A stretch of 63,863 nucleotides of DNA, counting the filler, from Globobulimina sp. (lineage: Eukaryota): the NCBI GenBank assembly GCA_003354225.1. It is 34 parts of 34 records of this genome, joined end to end, with 100 filler letters (N's around TTAATTAATTAA, not from the genome) between each part and the next. Parts side by side here need not be neighbours in the genome. Positions count along the whole stretch, not along the records: positions 1 to 1,783 come from PIVH01011999.1; positions 1,884 to 3,666 come from PIVH01012000.1; positions 3,767 to 5,548 come from PIVH01012001.1; positions 5,649 to 7,430 come from PIVH01012002.1; positions 7,531 to 9,312 come from PIVH01012003.1; positions 9,413 to 11,194 come from PIVH01012004.1; positions 11,295 to 13,076 come from PIVH01012005.1; 27 more parts are not named here. The stretch is one strand, 5' to 3'. The notes beneath the pieces were generated by a model that made no database searches, was not told the DNA's origin, and saw nothing but the letters and a program-made list of their open reading frames with translations. Positions 1-13,076 of the stretch are shown piece by piece. The translations under genes were made by a program, and so were the position numbers. Each line of letters starts with the position of its first letter. The first letter of the stretch is position 1.

Positions 1-1677
1 TTTCCGGTACAATTTTGATATATGGCTTATCCACCAATTCATAATACTTTATAGGTGATAGCAATGCCTCCGTCGCGTCTGAGTACACCGGCAATACATA
101 ATTCCTATATTTTGGATCAACGCCACCAATCTTACTCAGAGCCTGAATCACATCCAATTTAAAGAATTTATTCGTCAAATAATAATGGTTTGAAGTTAAA
201 ATCCAGCCACTTAGCAATTGGGTAACATCAATACAATCGAATTTATTTTGGGTATCGTTCATAATCAATGCACCCACGCGCTCAGAGGACCAATTCCACA
301 TTTTACTGCTAAATAATTTCCAATCCCACGTATTGACATAAATTGTTATTCTTTTCACAAAGCGATAGATTGCATCCACATATTCCTCCGCAAATACGTG
401 TGAGTCCATATCAGCGGCAATTAAGACTAAATGACTCATGTCAATGACATCTGCTTTCTCATTTTTTAATAATACCATCGCACGCAATAAAATATTACAT
501 CCTTTGCCGTGTGCGACGAAATCAATTCTTTCAAACAATACCCATAATCTACGGATAAATGTTGCCAATTCTATATAAAGATAGCTAGCTCACTTCACAG
601 GAAGCCAAAAAGAAAGATATTGTTTTTTATTTGCAACTTTTACAGTGAAGTCGCTGTCATGATTCAAACTAAGCACTAAAGTCACTAAAAAAAACATTTT
701 TGCGAATGTCAACCATGTCAACATGACGTAAAATGAAAAATAAAGCACACAAACCAGTGGCACAGTACTCTTCTGCAATAATATTGACATCATAGTCCAA
801 TAATTCACCCTCGCATGGCCAAACGAAAGGTATCACCAAATATGGCATATCAGCATAAAAGGCCATACATTCGTTGATTACAAATTGTGCTGCATGTTTC
901 TCATCGGGTGCGTAATTCTGACCATGTATAAATATCACTGCATTCTTATGCTCCATATCTTTAGCAAATCTTAAAACAAATATGTATATCACTTGTAATG
1001 CATATTCAAACACATATAAAAATATTTAACTCCCAATGATCTCGCGGATGAAATGCAGCAAAACGACGCATATCATATTTCTCCTCTTCTTTGCTATCAT
1101 TTTTGACTTCCAACTCTACAGATTTGCTATTCTTTTGATTAATAAATTGCCGTGCATCTTTTTCCTTTTTTAATATTATTTTTTTTAATGATGTAATAAA
1201 CTCTGTAGATAATATGGTGTGGATAGTGAAGGATTTATCAATTTTCATATATAATCCACAGCAATATTTCAAATCTAAATCTTTTAATTCATTGCAATGT
1301 AAATCAATATGATTGATTCTTAGTGGTGCAATGCAACCAAAATATATCGATTCTTGGTCAAATAATTTTGATATGTTTTTAAGTCGCATATTAATGTATG
1401 GTGTACGGGATTTTCTACGTCTTTTAAATCTTACTGTGTCTGTTTTTGTCTCTGTTAGGTTTGGTGTAGTTTCTCTTTCTTCTTTGGGTGGTGATGTTAT
1501 TTTCATTTCAATTTCATGAAAGGGGGTTGTCGGTGATGTGGGAGTTGATGCATTATCTGATAGGTTAATATCAACCAAATTGCATGGTAAGTCGCTCAAT
1601 TTAGGGAATTGTGTATAATCTTCATTATTGTTTAATGTTCCATTTCCTTTTAATTTCTCGTACAGTGGTGCTGACAT
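1..1677 (-). CDS. DUF900-like alpha/beta-hydrolase fold protein, spliced, 3' partial
   Basis: Introns 970-1030 and 571-754 (GT-AG) join the ORFs; motifs AVIFIHGQN, PFVWP, and IDFVAHGKG at the nucleophile elbow. Confidence 0.65.
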
Positions 1678-1783
1678 TATTTAATTACTTAATTCGACTA
1701 TGAATGAAAACTTCACTAGACACTCAAATTTATTTTCGTTTTTTTACATACAAAACACGCTCTAATTTCATCAACAAATCATT

Positions 1784-1883
1784 NNNNNNNNNNNNNNNNN
1801 NNNNNNNNNNNNNNNNNNNNNNNNNNNTTAATTAATTAANNNNNNNNNNNNNNNNNNNNNNNNNNNNNNNNNNNNNNNNNNNN
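1784..1883. other. Artificial contig spacer (N run + TTAATTAATTAA + N run); first of 33 recurring every ~1.88 kb
   Basis: Same spacer with stops in all six frames recurs through the window; flanking contigs shrink steadily from ~1783 to ~1780 nt. Confidence 0.99.
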
Positions 1884-3112
1884 ATATCAATCATATTTAT
1901 GTTGAAAAGGATCATAAAGTTTTTAGAAACCTTGATATCGTTGCTGGGACGAATAAAATTGTACTGAATTAGTGACTTTGCTTTCGATTCAGTTAAATGC
2001 ACTAATTCTATAGAGAATAAAAGAAAACATTACATACCGATGAAACAAAGTAAATGTTCGATGGAGAATTCCTTCAACAAATGCACAGCAAACAATTTTA
2101 ACCATTCATTATCAGCGAGCACATCTCGCAGCGAAATGACAGTCTCATCAATTTGTGTAGTTGCCAGTATATTTAATTGCAATGCATATGGTTTTGCAAT
2201 ATAATCTTTAGCTGAACATATATTTGATGGTAACCGAAGTGTTTTAAATACCCAAAAAAATGAATAATAGCATGCTACGAATAATAGAATAATATGATAT
2301 GTTGTAATTATATTTTGCTCCATTGTCCCTGGCTGTTGATTTAAAATAAATCGAAGAGCAAAAAACAAGATTACCAAAACAACAGTAATGATGCATAATT
2401 TTCGTGTTTCCTCTCGAAGCTTCCAAGCATCTTTGAATTGTGGTAACTTATACGATAAAACAGTTAATATTGTTAATGCAGTCATGGCGGATAATGCAAT
2501 GGCAACGACGCGTAATAGATTCATGTTGAAAATACCCATTGTTGTGCCAAAAACAGTATATATGCTCCAAATCAGTAGCAACACAATGGTTACGTTTTTC
2601 TGGTTGCCGTATATTTTTTTATTTTCTACAAACCAATTTTTTTGCGGGTCAGATGTGTTAATATGTAACATCCCTAAATATTATAAGTGCGCTGCGAGGA
2701 CATTGCTTGCACGCAAAATTATGCAACATTAACATTTTTGGTCTTGTAATGCTTGACAAAATTTCATATCGTAATAAACTAAATATATCCTGAAAATCAA
2801 AATGTACATAGTACTGAGTGTAGTACAATGCAAAGATACATTGACTACGATCTCCTGTCCTGTAAACTGCCCAATGCCGTGATAGATGAATGTCGAAAAT
2901 ATTGGTATTCGTATGAAAAAAGCAATGCATACAGTGATGCCAAATAATAACACAGACTTTGGTCTTCTTGCTTTAATTGCCGCGCAATGCTTCGATAACA
3001 CGTAAAACGTATACGTCCAATTGAATACAATTATTCCCAAAATAACAGACAATATCGCATTGAAACATATTCCAAACAATATTTTGGTTTCCACAGTCAT
3101 AAATGAACTCAT
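1884..3112 (-). CDS. 7TM-RGS protein (multi-pass TM region + RGS domain start), 3' partial
   Basis: Introns 2674-2733 and 2008-2037; hydrophobic helices, KARRPKS after TM1, then RGS-like LRDVLAD...LFAVHLLKEFSIEHLLCFIEL. Confidence 0.75.
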
Positions 3113-3843
3113 TACTACTGCTTTAAAAAAACCCAAGGTTTATTTGACAATGACAGACTGACAGTAATTATGCACTAGCTGTAAGTCAGTGTAAGAGAGC
3201 AAATTAAAAAAATAGTCAATACCAAGCTTTATTATCAACAAAAGTGGTGATCATAGCCAGGCTATTTTCCGGTTGATCATATGGTACAAGATGACCACTA
3301 TCAGAAACGACAAAATATGTTAATAAGCCATCAATAGATTGCTTTGAATAACCAGCCACCATTCTAAACTGCTTTTTTTTGTTACCGTTATCTTTCCAAA
3401 ACTATAAAGAACTCAATAATTACTTTGTAGCATTCATGGGTTATCAATATAGGCTGCGTCACAGACAGTATATACTGGTAATGATGAACAACAATAATCC
3501 AATCAATAACACCATAATAATATAAAACAAATACCGCTCACATTCATAGCTTTTGTTGCAATCCAATTCCTTGTATGTGTAATCTCCAATTTATCCCTTC
3601 ACCGTCATATCTCAACTACCCATCAATAAACCAGTCCTCGTATCACATATGAACGCATCCCACTGANNNNNNNNNNNNNNNNNNNNNNNNNNNNNNNNNN
3701 NNNNNNNNNNTTAATTAATTAANNNNNNNNNNNNNNNNNNNNNNNNNNNNNNNNNNNNNNNNNNNNGTTATGTTTGGAATTTCAATGGCGACCTTAAACA
3801 GTTGAGTTCTCATTAGATAAGAATTTAACACACTAAACATCAC

Positions 3844-5548
3844 ATGTCAACAATTACTACGCACACAGTCATCATACATATCCTTTTATACATTACCATC
3901 ATACATGGCGACGAACAAATGTTTGACAGAGAACAACTACGCCAATCCCTACAAATTAAAGCAGACAATCCTTTATGCGGTTGTTACAACATCTCATTGA
4001 CAAACGTAGCTCCATCAGAAACAAATAATAATCATTTTTGCTACACATATTCCATCCAATATAACGATGATATCAATATATGCCACAACAACGAAGCCAT
4101 AAACATAATACTTGGTATTTGTACTCACGAAAGACCCAAGTTCACCTCTCGCAAACTAAGAAACTCATTCATAAGCATCAACGATGCGAATTATTCTGCA
4201 AACGCTATGAAATTGCATCGTAGTTCAATGTTAGGCATAAAAATAGAAAACGATATCAACCTATTCAACAATGAACAGTCTGAATCGATTACACTATGTA
4301 TGAAAAATATCAATGCTGATGGCGTCACATCACACAGAGTGCAGTATACATTGCAGAGTGGTGATATTATTTCATGTGCAGACCATCCCAATCACAGTGG
4401 ATTGCCCTGTCTCGGCAATCAAGGACCAACTCCCAAACCCACCAAAAGTCCAATCACAATCACAAGTTTTGTAGCAAAAAAACAAACAAAAAATTTGTAT
4501 CCGAATCTGTTGGGAAACTGTTACTAAATTTAAAAACACTTCGCATATAATATATGAATAATAGCCAACAATCCAACAAAAACACCAACAAATACACCAA
4601 CGCCTCAGCCAACACCGCAACCAACAATACCGCCAACAGCGATGCCCAAATCACCAGTAAATGATGATGTGATGCTTGATGAGTATGAGATATGTGTGGA
4701 TGACCTAAGTCTAACACAAGGCGTATGGTTAACAATCAAAAAGCATACAGCATTGGATATGAATGCAATGATACTTGAGATGCGTGGCCCGTATGATGCA
4801 TGGTTTGCATTTGGATTTGGCGAATCTACAATGAAAGATTCGTATGCTATCACTGTGGAAAACACTCAGTTTGATATATTTGAACGTATATTGCCTGCAT
4901 CCAATGATGTAAATAATATGGATATTATACATCCATCCACTTGGAATGTGGATGACTTACAAACGATTGAAATGGACGGACAACGAATAATTACCATAAC
5001 ACGACCATGGAATACTGAAAACACCTATGATTTCACCTCATTCTTTGAGTGTAATATCAATTCATTGCCTGTAATCTCAGCGGTTGGCACTGGACTAAAT
5101 ATGTCCTATCATAAAAATAAAAAACACGGAAATGTATCCAATTTATGCGACTGCCATAGTCCACCAACAACCACTGCGGCAACAACGATATTCCATGCAA
5201 CGCCAGCATTGATATCCGATATTTGCATCGGGTTCGATCAGAGCTGCAATTTAGATGAGGATGAATGTAATGTTTATATTGAGTGGATCGATGAATTTAT
5301 CATCTCAATGGATGATGGAACAGGTAACAGCAGGAAAAGAATCTGTTTATTAGGCATATCGCAGGGCATTCAAGTATTGATATCGTTGTCAGAACACAAT
5401 GATATTATGCTAATCTCGCAAATAATCCGCGAGCAGACCTGCGGTCAAACTACGACTAATTTATACGATGCATTGGAAGCGGCCCAACTCGAATTTGATA
5501 GCATTGAGCCACGGGGAGATATACGGTCGATGGTAATATTTAGTAATT
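3844..5548 (+). CDS. Secreted/surface protein: signal peptide, Pro-Thr repeats, DOMON-like domain, start of vWA-like domain; 3' partial
   Basis: Phase-1 intron 4466-4564 joins two ORFs in frame; WFAFGFG..M (DOMON); ICIGFDQSCN...TNLYDALEAA...MVIFS (vWA-like). Confidence 0.6.
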
Positions 5549-5926
5549 NNNNNNNNNNNNNNNNNNNNNNNNNNNNNNNNNNNNNNNNNNNNTTAATTAA
5601 TTAANNNNNNNNNNNNNNNNNNNNNNNNNNNNNNNNNNNNNNNNNNNNGCATTGGCTGCGTTTTGCGCTTTGGATTCTGTCCTCGTGGGTTTTTCTTTAG
5701 ATTCCTCTGCTTTTTCTTCTTTTTTTTGCTCGTCTTCGGGTGGGAAAATATCTAATTTGTCTAATTGGGCTAATATACAATCTTCGTTTGAGAATTGTAG
5801 TTTGGGCGGTAAGGTTTGTTTCAGTTTTGCTAATTCTAAACTTAAGTCTTTTAATTTTTGTTCAATCTTATATATGCGTTCTTGTGTGGCGTCCATTGGA
5901 ATTAAGAATCAAGTTTTCGTTTTCTA

Positions 5927-6608
5927 GTGTCGATAGACGAGAAAACATGGGTTGTGTTAACGAGACGTCGACGTGTATTTTTTAAACCACTCTTTTGCTT
6001 TGATTCTATCATAAATGGTAGTGATATGTGGAAGAATAATTTAATAAAAAGAGTGAATAAGAAAGATATTGATTTCTTGGAACATTTATTGTGTTATTCA
6101 TTGGATAAAATATCAGATATTAAATATGATGAATATATTTATAAAACATGGCAAATATTTACACAAAATAAAAAAAAAATTATTATAAATACGCATTATT
6201 TAAATAGGGATTTTCCCTCAGAAATATTAGATTTATTGATGTATCCCTTGGAAAGGGGTAAAAATAAAGTCTCAAATAATAATATATTTAAACCAGTCAT
6301 ATTATCATTGTTTACAAACTTAGAAAAAATCTTATTTTATACAACTGCAACATTTCCATTTTTATTATCATCATTTTATTTTATTTTGGGGAGATATTTT
6401 GTTTAAACATAAATCATTGAAAAGTATACAAATAAAAGCAACACATAAATATCAAGGTAATGGAGCTCGTAGTTGGATATATAATGAATATATTTTAATG
6501 AATAAAGAGTTAAATCAATTAAATCAAACACAATTTAAAATATCATTAAATATCACAAGAAATTCAGATAATCAGACAGAAGATACCTTATGTATTGACC
6601 GATTGTAA
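5927..6608 (+). pseudogene. Unknown protein in two overlapping ORFs (frameshifted), no clear start
   Basis: Adjacent ORFs 5927-6406 and 6399-6608 with continuous coding-like composition. Confidence 0.3.
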
Positions 6609-6794
6609 CATTATTAAATTGTTGTTCTGAGTTGTTTGATCCATTGTTTTTTTTGTAAATTTTTAATTTTTGTTTTTTCTTGCATGAAAATCTAAGAAGA
6701 AACAAAGGGAAATAATTAATTCAGTTCATATTTGGCATACACTGTCATCATAAACCAGATTCATTTCATGAAGAAACATTTAATCATCAAAAAA

Positions 6795-7430
6795 TTAAAT
6801 GTCAGCAACTTCATTTCCAGTCACAAACAAATGATTGAAAGCAAATAATTGTGTTAAATATATGGCACCATCAAAATTTTGATACACACCAATACCACAA
6901 TGGGTGAATGCGTCCAACAAATTCTTTCTATGCCCATCCGATTTTATCCATCCATTAACTGCCGTTTCCGAAACACTATTATTTGTATTCATACTCATTG
7001 CTACATTTTCTGCAGATCGCAAAGAATAAAATGGATATTTCTCCACACGATCATGAAAGCCATCATGTCCAATCGGCACTGTTCCTTCTCCCATATTTTT
7101 AGAATGCGTTTTACCAATTTCACAAAGGGCCTGATGCCATTTCAATGCCATTAACCCATTGCTTGCACGGAACTTATTTGTAAGTTGCAAACATTTGAAA
7201 CCAATGGCATCCATCGCACATTTTACTGTCGGTCCAGCTGCTTCGCGGTCAAAATCTATTTTCCTTAATCGAATGATGTCATTCATATTAAAATGTTTTG
7301 ATCTTCGAAATTTTATGTCATTATTGGATTGTTTTTGTGTTTTAGTATTTTTATAATCAGTGCCTAATTTTGGTCCAATTTTGCATTTTGATTTTGATAC
7401 TTTGGTATTTAATGATTTTATATCGCCAAA
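6795..7430 (-). CDS. CAP/SCP domain protein, probably 5' partial
   Basis: LTNKFRASNGL, HSKNM, AENVA, WIKSDGHRKNLL, GIGV...YLTQLF. Confidence 0.9.
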   Translation of the reverse strand, partial: FGDIKSLNTKVSKSKCKIGPKLGTDYKNTKTQKQSNNDIKFRRSKHFNMNDIIRLRKIDFDREAAGPTVKCAMDAIGFKCLQLTNKFRASNGLMALKWHQALCEIGKTHSKNMGEGTVPIGHDGFHDRVEKYPFYSLRSAENVAMSMNTNNSVSETAVNGWIKSDGHRKNLLDAFTHCGIGVYQNFDGAIYLTQLFAFNHLFVTGNEVADI

Positions 7431-8587
7431 NNNNNNNNNNNNNNNNNNNNNNNNNNNNNNNNNNNNNNNNNNNNTTAATTAATTAANNNNNNNNNNNNNN
7501 NNNNNNNNNNNNNNNNNNNNNNNNNNNNNNTTCGGTGGAGAGAGAGAGATTTCATGAATGTTAAAATCTCACCAATGCAACATTTGTCCTATATGATATT
7601 TTGGTATTCAATGTGTGGAATTTCGTGGTTTTATGCATATACGTTTTTTAAAAGTCCAAATGCAAGAACAGTGTTCAAACGAAGATTTCAAAGACCTGTT
7701 TTAAGGCGATCTGATGTTTTAAAACAACCAGAAAGGAATCTCAAACCCTAAACTTGTTTATGGATATCAGTCTTTTGTCAGAGACACATTTCACATAAAG
7801 TTTTTTGGATTATCTTAATCTAACTACACTTTGAGTCTTTGACCTCTAATCTGATTACGCAATAGCACAATGAGTGAAGTATGTTTATTTATTACCTATG
7901 GAACAAAACTAAACCAATATATCAATAGACAATAGTAGATCAATTAAAAAACGATAAACAACAATTATTATCACAAAATATTGACTTATGTCGGGAAATT
8001 ACACAACAAAAATCGGAAATGAATAGTTTACAATTACGGAATAAAAAATTAGAAAAGCAAGTTGCTAAATTATTTTCAAAGCTAAGAGGTTTGGTTTATT
8101 TAATAATGATGATATTGATACTGATGTCGGTTGTGATAATGGTGAAATGTTTGAGTGAATTTATACTAACTCAATTGTGGAAATTGCAGTGGAAAATAAG
8201 TATCAACGAGCAAGACAAAGAGAGATTAAACATTCAAATGAGATTGATATTGATGATACCGCTGATAATCATAATACAAATGAAATTAAATCGGAATAAC
8301 ACTCGTTAACAATTTTTTTAGAATTAATGGAACTGTATATTAGTTTAGCTTATTTGTGGTTTTTCAAAGTGTGCATGTGATTTAATTACTTTTTCAAAGT
8401 GTGTGATTATTTATTTACAGAATAAGTTTTTTTTTTCATTATTACAAAAATATAAACTAGAAATCCGACACACTCCGTCGTTGCACGTCGATTTATATTT
8501 GGTCAAGTGTTAGATCGAAAAAACAGACTGCAAATTCAATGCAAATAAATATGTACAAAAATTGCCACCGTAGAGAGTAAGTGCTTA

Positions 8588-9247
8588 TCATTGCCGAATC
8601 TTCCAAATATATTTTTTTATCTCATTCAATATTTGTATTTTATCGTTTGTTTGGTTATAAATAATATCAAGTACGTGGCTTGCGTACTTACCAAACTTAT
8701 ATTTCTTCCAATCCAGTGACACATTCTGTGGAATTGAATATTTCCGCAATGCAGTTATATTGGAATCCAATTGATGAGGAAAAGGTATCTCAGTATCATT
8801 TATAGACACATTTCCTTTCAGTTTACATCCTAAGAATTTAAATATTGTTTCCCATGGATTTGCTTCACATTCAATACATAATATTAACAAATCATCATTT
8901 ATATTGCCCCCAATCCTATGCTCGCCAAAATAATTGAGAACATTCTCATGCTGTTTTTCATAAACTCGCGCATTTAACATCATAAAATCTTGCAACGATT
9001 CATAATTAATCAACTCGTGTTGCAATGTATTATTCCATGCCACTGTCCCATTGATCTCATTCTCTTTGCTGTACTCATTTATTCTCAACAACAGTTCAAA
9101 CTTAATGGCAGAATTCACTCTCATCTTTGTAGATTTCCGTACTGTATAAATAAACTTACTGTATGGCGACGGATACCATTTATCAAATACAGGGTATAAA
9201 TAAGCCCATGGTTGATCGGAGAATATTTGACTTACATAACTCGTCAA
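8588..9247 (-). CDS. P-loop sulfotransferase-like protein (Sulfotransfer_4-like), partial
   Basis: FSDQPW, SKFIYTVR, YEKQHENVLNYF, WETIFKFLG, PFPH. Confidence 0.65.
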   Translation of the reverse strand: MTSYVSQIFSDQPWAYLYPVFDKWYPSPYSKFIYTVRKSTKMRVNSAIKFELLLRINEYSKENEINGTVAWNNTLQHELINYESLQDFMMLNARVYEKQHENVLNYFGEHRIGGNINDDLLILCIECEANPWETIFKFLGCKLKGNVSINDTEIPFPHQLDSNITALRKYSIPQNVSLDWKKYKFGKYASHVLDIIYNQTNDKIQILNEIKKYIWKIRQ

Positions 9248-9633
9248 ATATAAATCCTTCGTATAATTATCATTTATAAATAAAAAGGATATATCATCGA
9301 CATGGAAGGGTGNNNNNNNNNNNNNNNNNNNNNNNNNNNNNNNNNNNNNNNNNNNNTTAATTAATTAANNNNNNNNNNNNNNNNNNNNNNNNNNNNNNNN
9401 NNNNNNNNNNNNTTTGTTTTTTCGTCGTCATTTTTATTTTTTTCTTCGTCATTTTTATTTGAGCCAAATAGATTTGTTAACGATGAAAACATGTTGAAAA
9501 AATGTGTGTTTTGGGAAATTGTTTGTTAAGGTTTTTGTGTTTTTGGTTTTAGACTGTAACGGGTAGAATGATATATTGCGAGAAGAAGTTGTAAAAATAA
9601 ACTTAGGATATTATATATTTTACTTGCATAGTT

Positions 9634-11084
9634 TTACAACAAAGGATTTGATTGATCAGCAATAGATACATAATCATATGATTCTCGTTTATCTTTAACT
9701 TGATATAATATGGAATAACATGCGAATCCTAAAATATTAGCCACCAACCATATTGCAGATAAAATGTGCAATCCATCCCCATCATACCATAATAATGAAC
9801 TAAATTCAGCACCAATCATCTTTGCAATTGATGCAACTGCAAAATTACTCAGCAATACAATATTTTTGCTTACATTCCTTGGTCCAAATTCAATCATTGC
9901 CAAGACTTGTGTTATAAAAAATATTTCCCATCCTACAAATAAAAAAAAGTTAAGTATGATACAAACCCATAAACCGCCAATATTTGAACCATATATCACT
10001 GATAAATTAAGTATTATTAACGATGCAACGATTTCAATCATAAATGCAATAAATGAGCATACAAAAATACCATATGAATCACTGTGAAAAATATATTTTT
10101 ATTTTCAGATTACATATTGCTTGAATTTGCATTTTATGCATACCTAATTTGTGTCATAACAATCGATCCAACCACTTCTGCTATAAATATTGATAAAGTT
10201 ACCACGCCAACCATTGACGTTTCTAAATCATAAACATCCTCCAACCAAAAAGAAGAGGTTGTAATCAAAAACGAGCCTTGAGCTATCGAGCAAAAAAATA
10301 TTGCACATAAAATTAAATTGATTTGTTTATTAAATACGGTCCTTAGATCGGCAATATTTGATGTGACCTCCTCAGAGAATGCAGTTATACGCTTTCGAAT
10401 TGAATTTTCTTTATCATCCAAAGTAGGTATTAATAGTTGCGATGCTGACTGCGTTTCAAAGGTAAATCCCCAATTTAATATAAACGCAAATAATATTAAT
10501 ATAGAACCAAATATCAAAAACGGTACCCACCAAAATAGATATTGTAGCATAAAACCAATTGGAATGTATAACAATGTGGACACTGACCATGACAATTGTA
10601 GATAGGCGATATTTGCACCTTTGTTGTGAGACGAGGACCATTCATTTGCTAGTCCAACAACAGTGGCATAACAAATAGAAGCTGCATTTTTAAATAAAAA
10701 TGCAATTATTGAACCGTAGAGAACAATAACTATTGCATATATATTTGAATTATTTGAATTTGAATTGCTGTCAAAATATGTTATTAAACAAAATAATAAT
10801 GCTAAGGTACCAGAAATGAATGAAAACACGGATGCAATCCTTTGATATTTCTCTCTGAACAGATTGTTAATATAAACACCGAAAAATAAACTTGTTATGT
10901 TGCCGGCATACAATGCTAACAAGATAATGGAATATTGAAAATTGGTTAAATGTAATGCTAATCTGTAATCCTCGAAATAGATGAATGGATTTTTAAAAAC
11001 TGATATTAAACAAATTAATAAGATTATACCTAATACGGTATGGAAACATTTCCATTTTTCATTGGCCATTATGCAATGGTTCAA
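9634..11084 (-). CDS. Major facilitator superfamily transporter
   Basis: ~12 TM helices with central loop; intron 10082-10143 joins the two ORFs. Confidence 0.75.
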
Positions 11085-11294
11085 TCTGCAGCAAAATGCG
11101 TGGATTCCTTCACCAAGTTCAATTGCACCTGGTTGCTATCCACGATAAATCTACAGCAGTATTAAGTAAAAACGTTTACTCTGTTATAATGTTTNNNNNN
11201 NNNNNNNNNNNNNNNNNNNNNNNNNNNNNNNNNNNNNNTTAATTAATTAANNNNNNNNNNNNNNNNNNNNNNNNNNNNNNNNNNNNNNNNNNNN

Positions 11295-13076
11295 TGCGAT
11301 TTTTACATTATTGAGTCATCTACACATAAAAAAGCATCAAGTGTCTGGTCTGTAAACTGCCCTTTGTCAGGAGGAATATCGATTGTTCACATCAATGAAA
11401 GTGCCAACACTATCACCTGTAGCCGCTGCGGGGGGCTCAGACATTGCCCGCATGTTGAAATTTTAAATGAATATTTGTTTGAAGCATCTGGGGGACGGGT
11501 TGATGTTAAAAAAATGTTTAAAGAACGAAAAGAACAGAAACAGAATATATACAACGCAGAAACAGGATATGTTGGGAGTGCACTGCTTCCTACGATGAGA
11601 CCAAAAGATTTATCATCATTAAGCAAGCAACCTGTTCCTGTTCCATTTTGTTTTTCGATTGACGAAGATTTGAAAGATTTGAAATTAAACGAAGCTGAAG
11701 TGATTAACAAATATTATGAGACAAAGTCAATTGAATTAATAAAATATCCATCAGATCTCCGTCCAGAAATAAGTGAATGTCCGCATTGCAAAACATTATG
11801 TAAATCTATACTCGATGTCGAAGGAGCTCAGTATTTTAGTTCAATAGGATCATATAAAGTGAATATCTATAAAAATGTTTGTGAATCATGCTACAAAGTG
11901 ATAAAATATGATGGCTGTCGAGACAAAATATTTTGGAAAAACAAAGATAAATTATATAGTCATGATTTATTCAATGAGTGGACAATACAGCGGTTGAAAG
12001 GCAAAGTAACTTTGCGTTTATTCCATACAACTAAAGCATGCTCATATTTCAACAATGGATTTGAGTTTCCGTGCGTACCGACGTTTACTGAAGCATACGA
12101 GTCATTTATTGCTCTCCAAAAAATGAAAAAATTATTATTTTGCAGATATTGTGAGCGTTTAGGTGAGATGCCACAAATCATTGGCATGGATTGTACGCAA
12201 TTATTGATGAAATATGAGAAGGTAAAAAATATAATAACTCCGAAAGAAAGCTATAATTTGCGAGCGAATATGGAGATTGTTAAAATGAAGAAGGTGGTTG
12301 AGGAGACTTGCATGGTTTACATTGAGGAGAAAAAGTTAAGAGTCGAAGCACAAAAGTTTATGATTGCAAAAGATGTAAGAATTTATAGTTATGATAAAAA
12401 TGTGAAACGTATAAAGAATTGGAATTGGACTGTGACAAGAACCAATAATTTATATAATAAATTGACCAATTCTGGAGGTTCAGAATTAGTAAAATTATTA
12501 AAATGGTTTTTAGAAAATAAAAACGAGATAAAATCAATAAGATTACAAATATTGATTGGTGATTTATTACGAGCATTAGTCAATTATGTACCATTATATA
12601 AATTATCACCACCTCCAATTAATGATATTGTTACTGAATTTAAATATTCTGATTTAGAAGACGATGCAATACATTGTTTATTATGCAAATTTGCTCCATT
12701 CCACACTTTATTTTATGACGCAATGCTGAAAGAATCAGTGGATGTTCCAGTATGTTATGAAATGTTGATAAGGAAATTAGCAATTGGTTCAAAAAGAGTT
12801 TTAAGTGCTTTGACTAACGCAAGGAAAAAAACAAACAATGGTAAATTAGAGAAATGTAACCATGCTGAAAAAGCGCTATTCTCCAAACCAAATTCATGTG
12901 GAGTCAGCACAAAATATCCACCACGAAATCTAAGACCGCGGTATAATTTTTATTCAGAATCAGATTCATACAAAAGCAACAAAAAAGACAAAAAAAATAA
13001 GAAGAAGATAAAACAAGCAATTGAAAACGAATTGGTGGGTGGATGTAATAAATATTTTGATTCTCATACTGAGAGA
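11295..13076 (+). mobile_element. KDZ (Kyakuja-Dileera-Zisupton)-type transposase with SWIM-like and CxC cysteine clusters, partial at both ends
   Basis: Intronless ORF filling the contig; CSRC...CPH, CPHC...CESC...YDG, FCRYC...PQIIGMD, and CNKYF at the expected start of the catalytic core. Confidence 0.6.

Noticed and set aside
2729-2733. TAA at the same position in both 7TM paralogs, suggesting stop-codon reassignment
   Set aside because: The TAA lies inside a GTTAAT intron donor; splicing restores a Trp codon, and other genes end at normal TAA/TGA
7870-8309. Coiled-coil ORF pieces
   Set aside because: Broken across frames with no recognisable family; too weak to call
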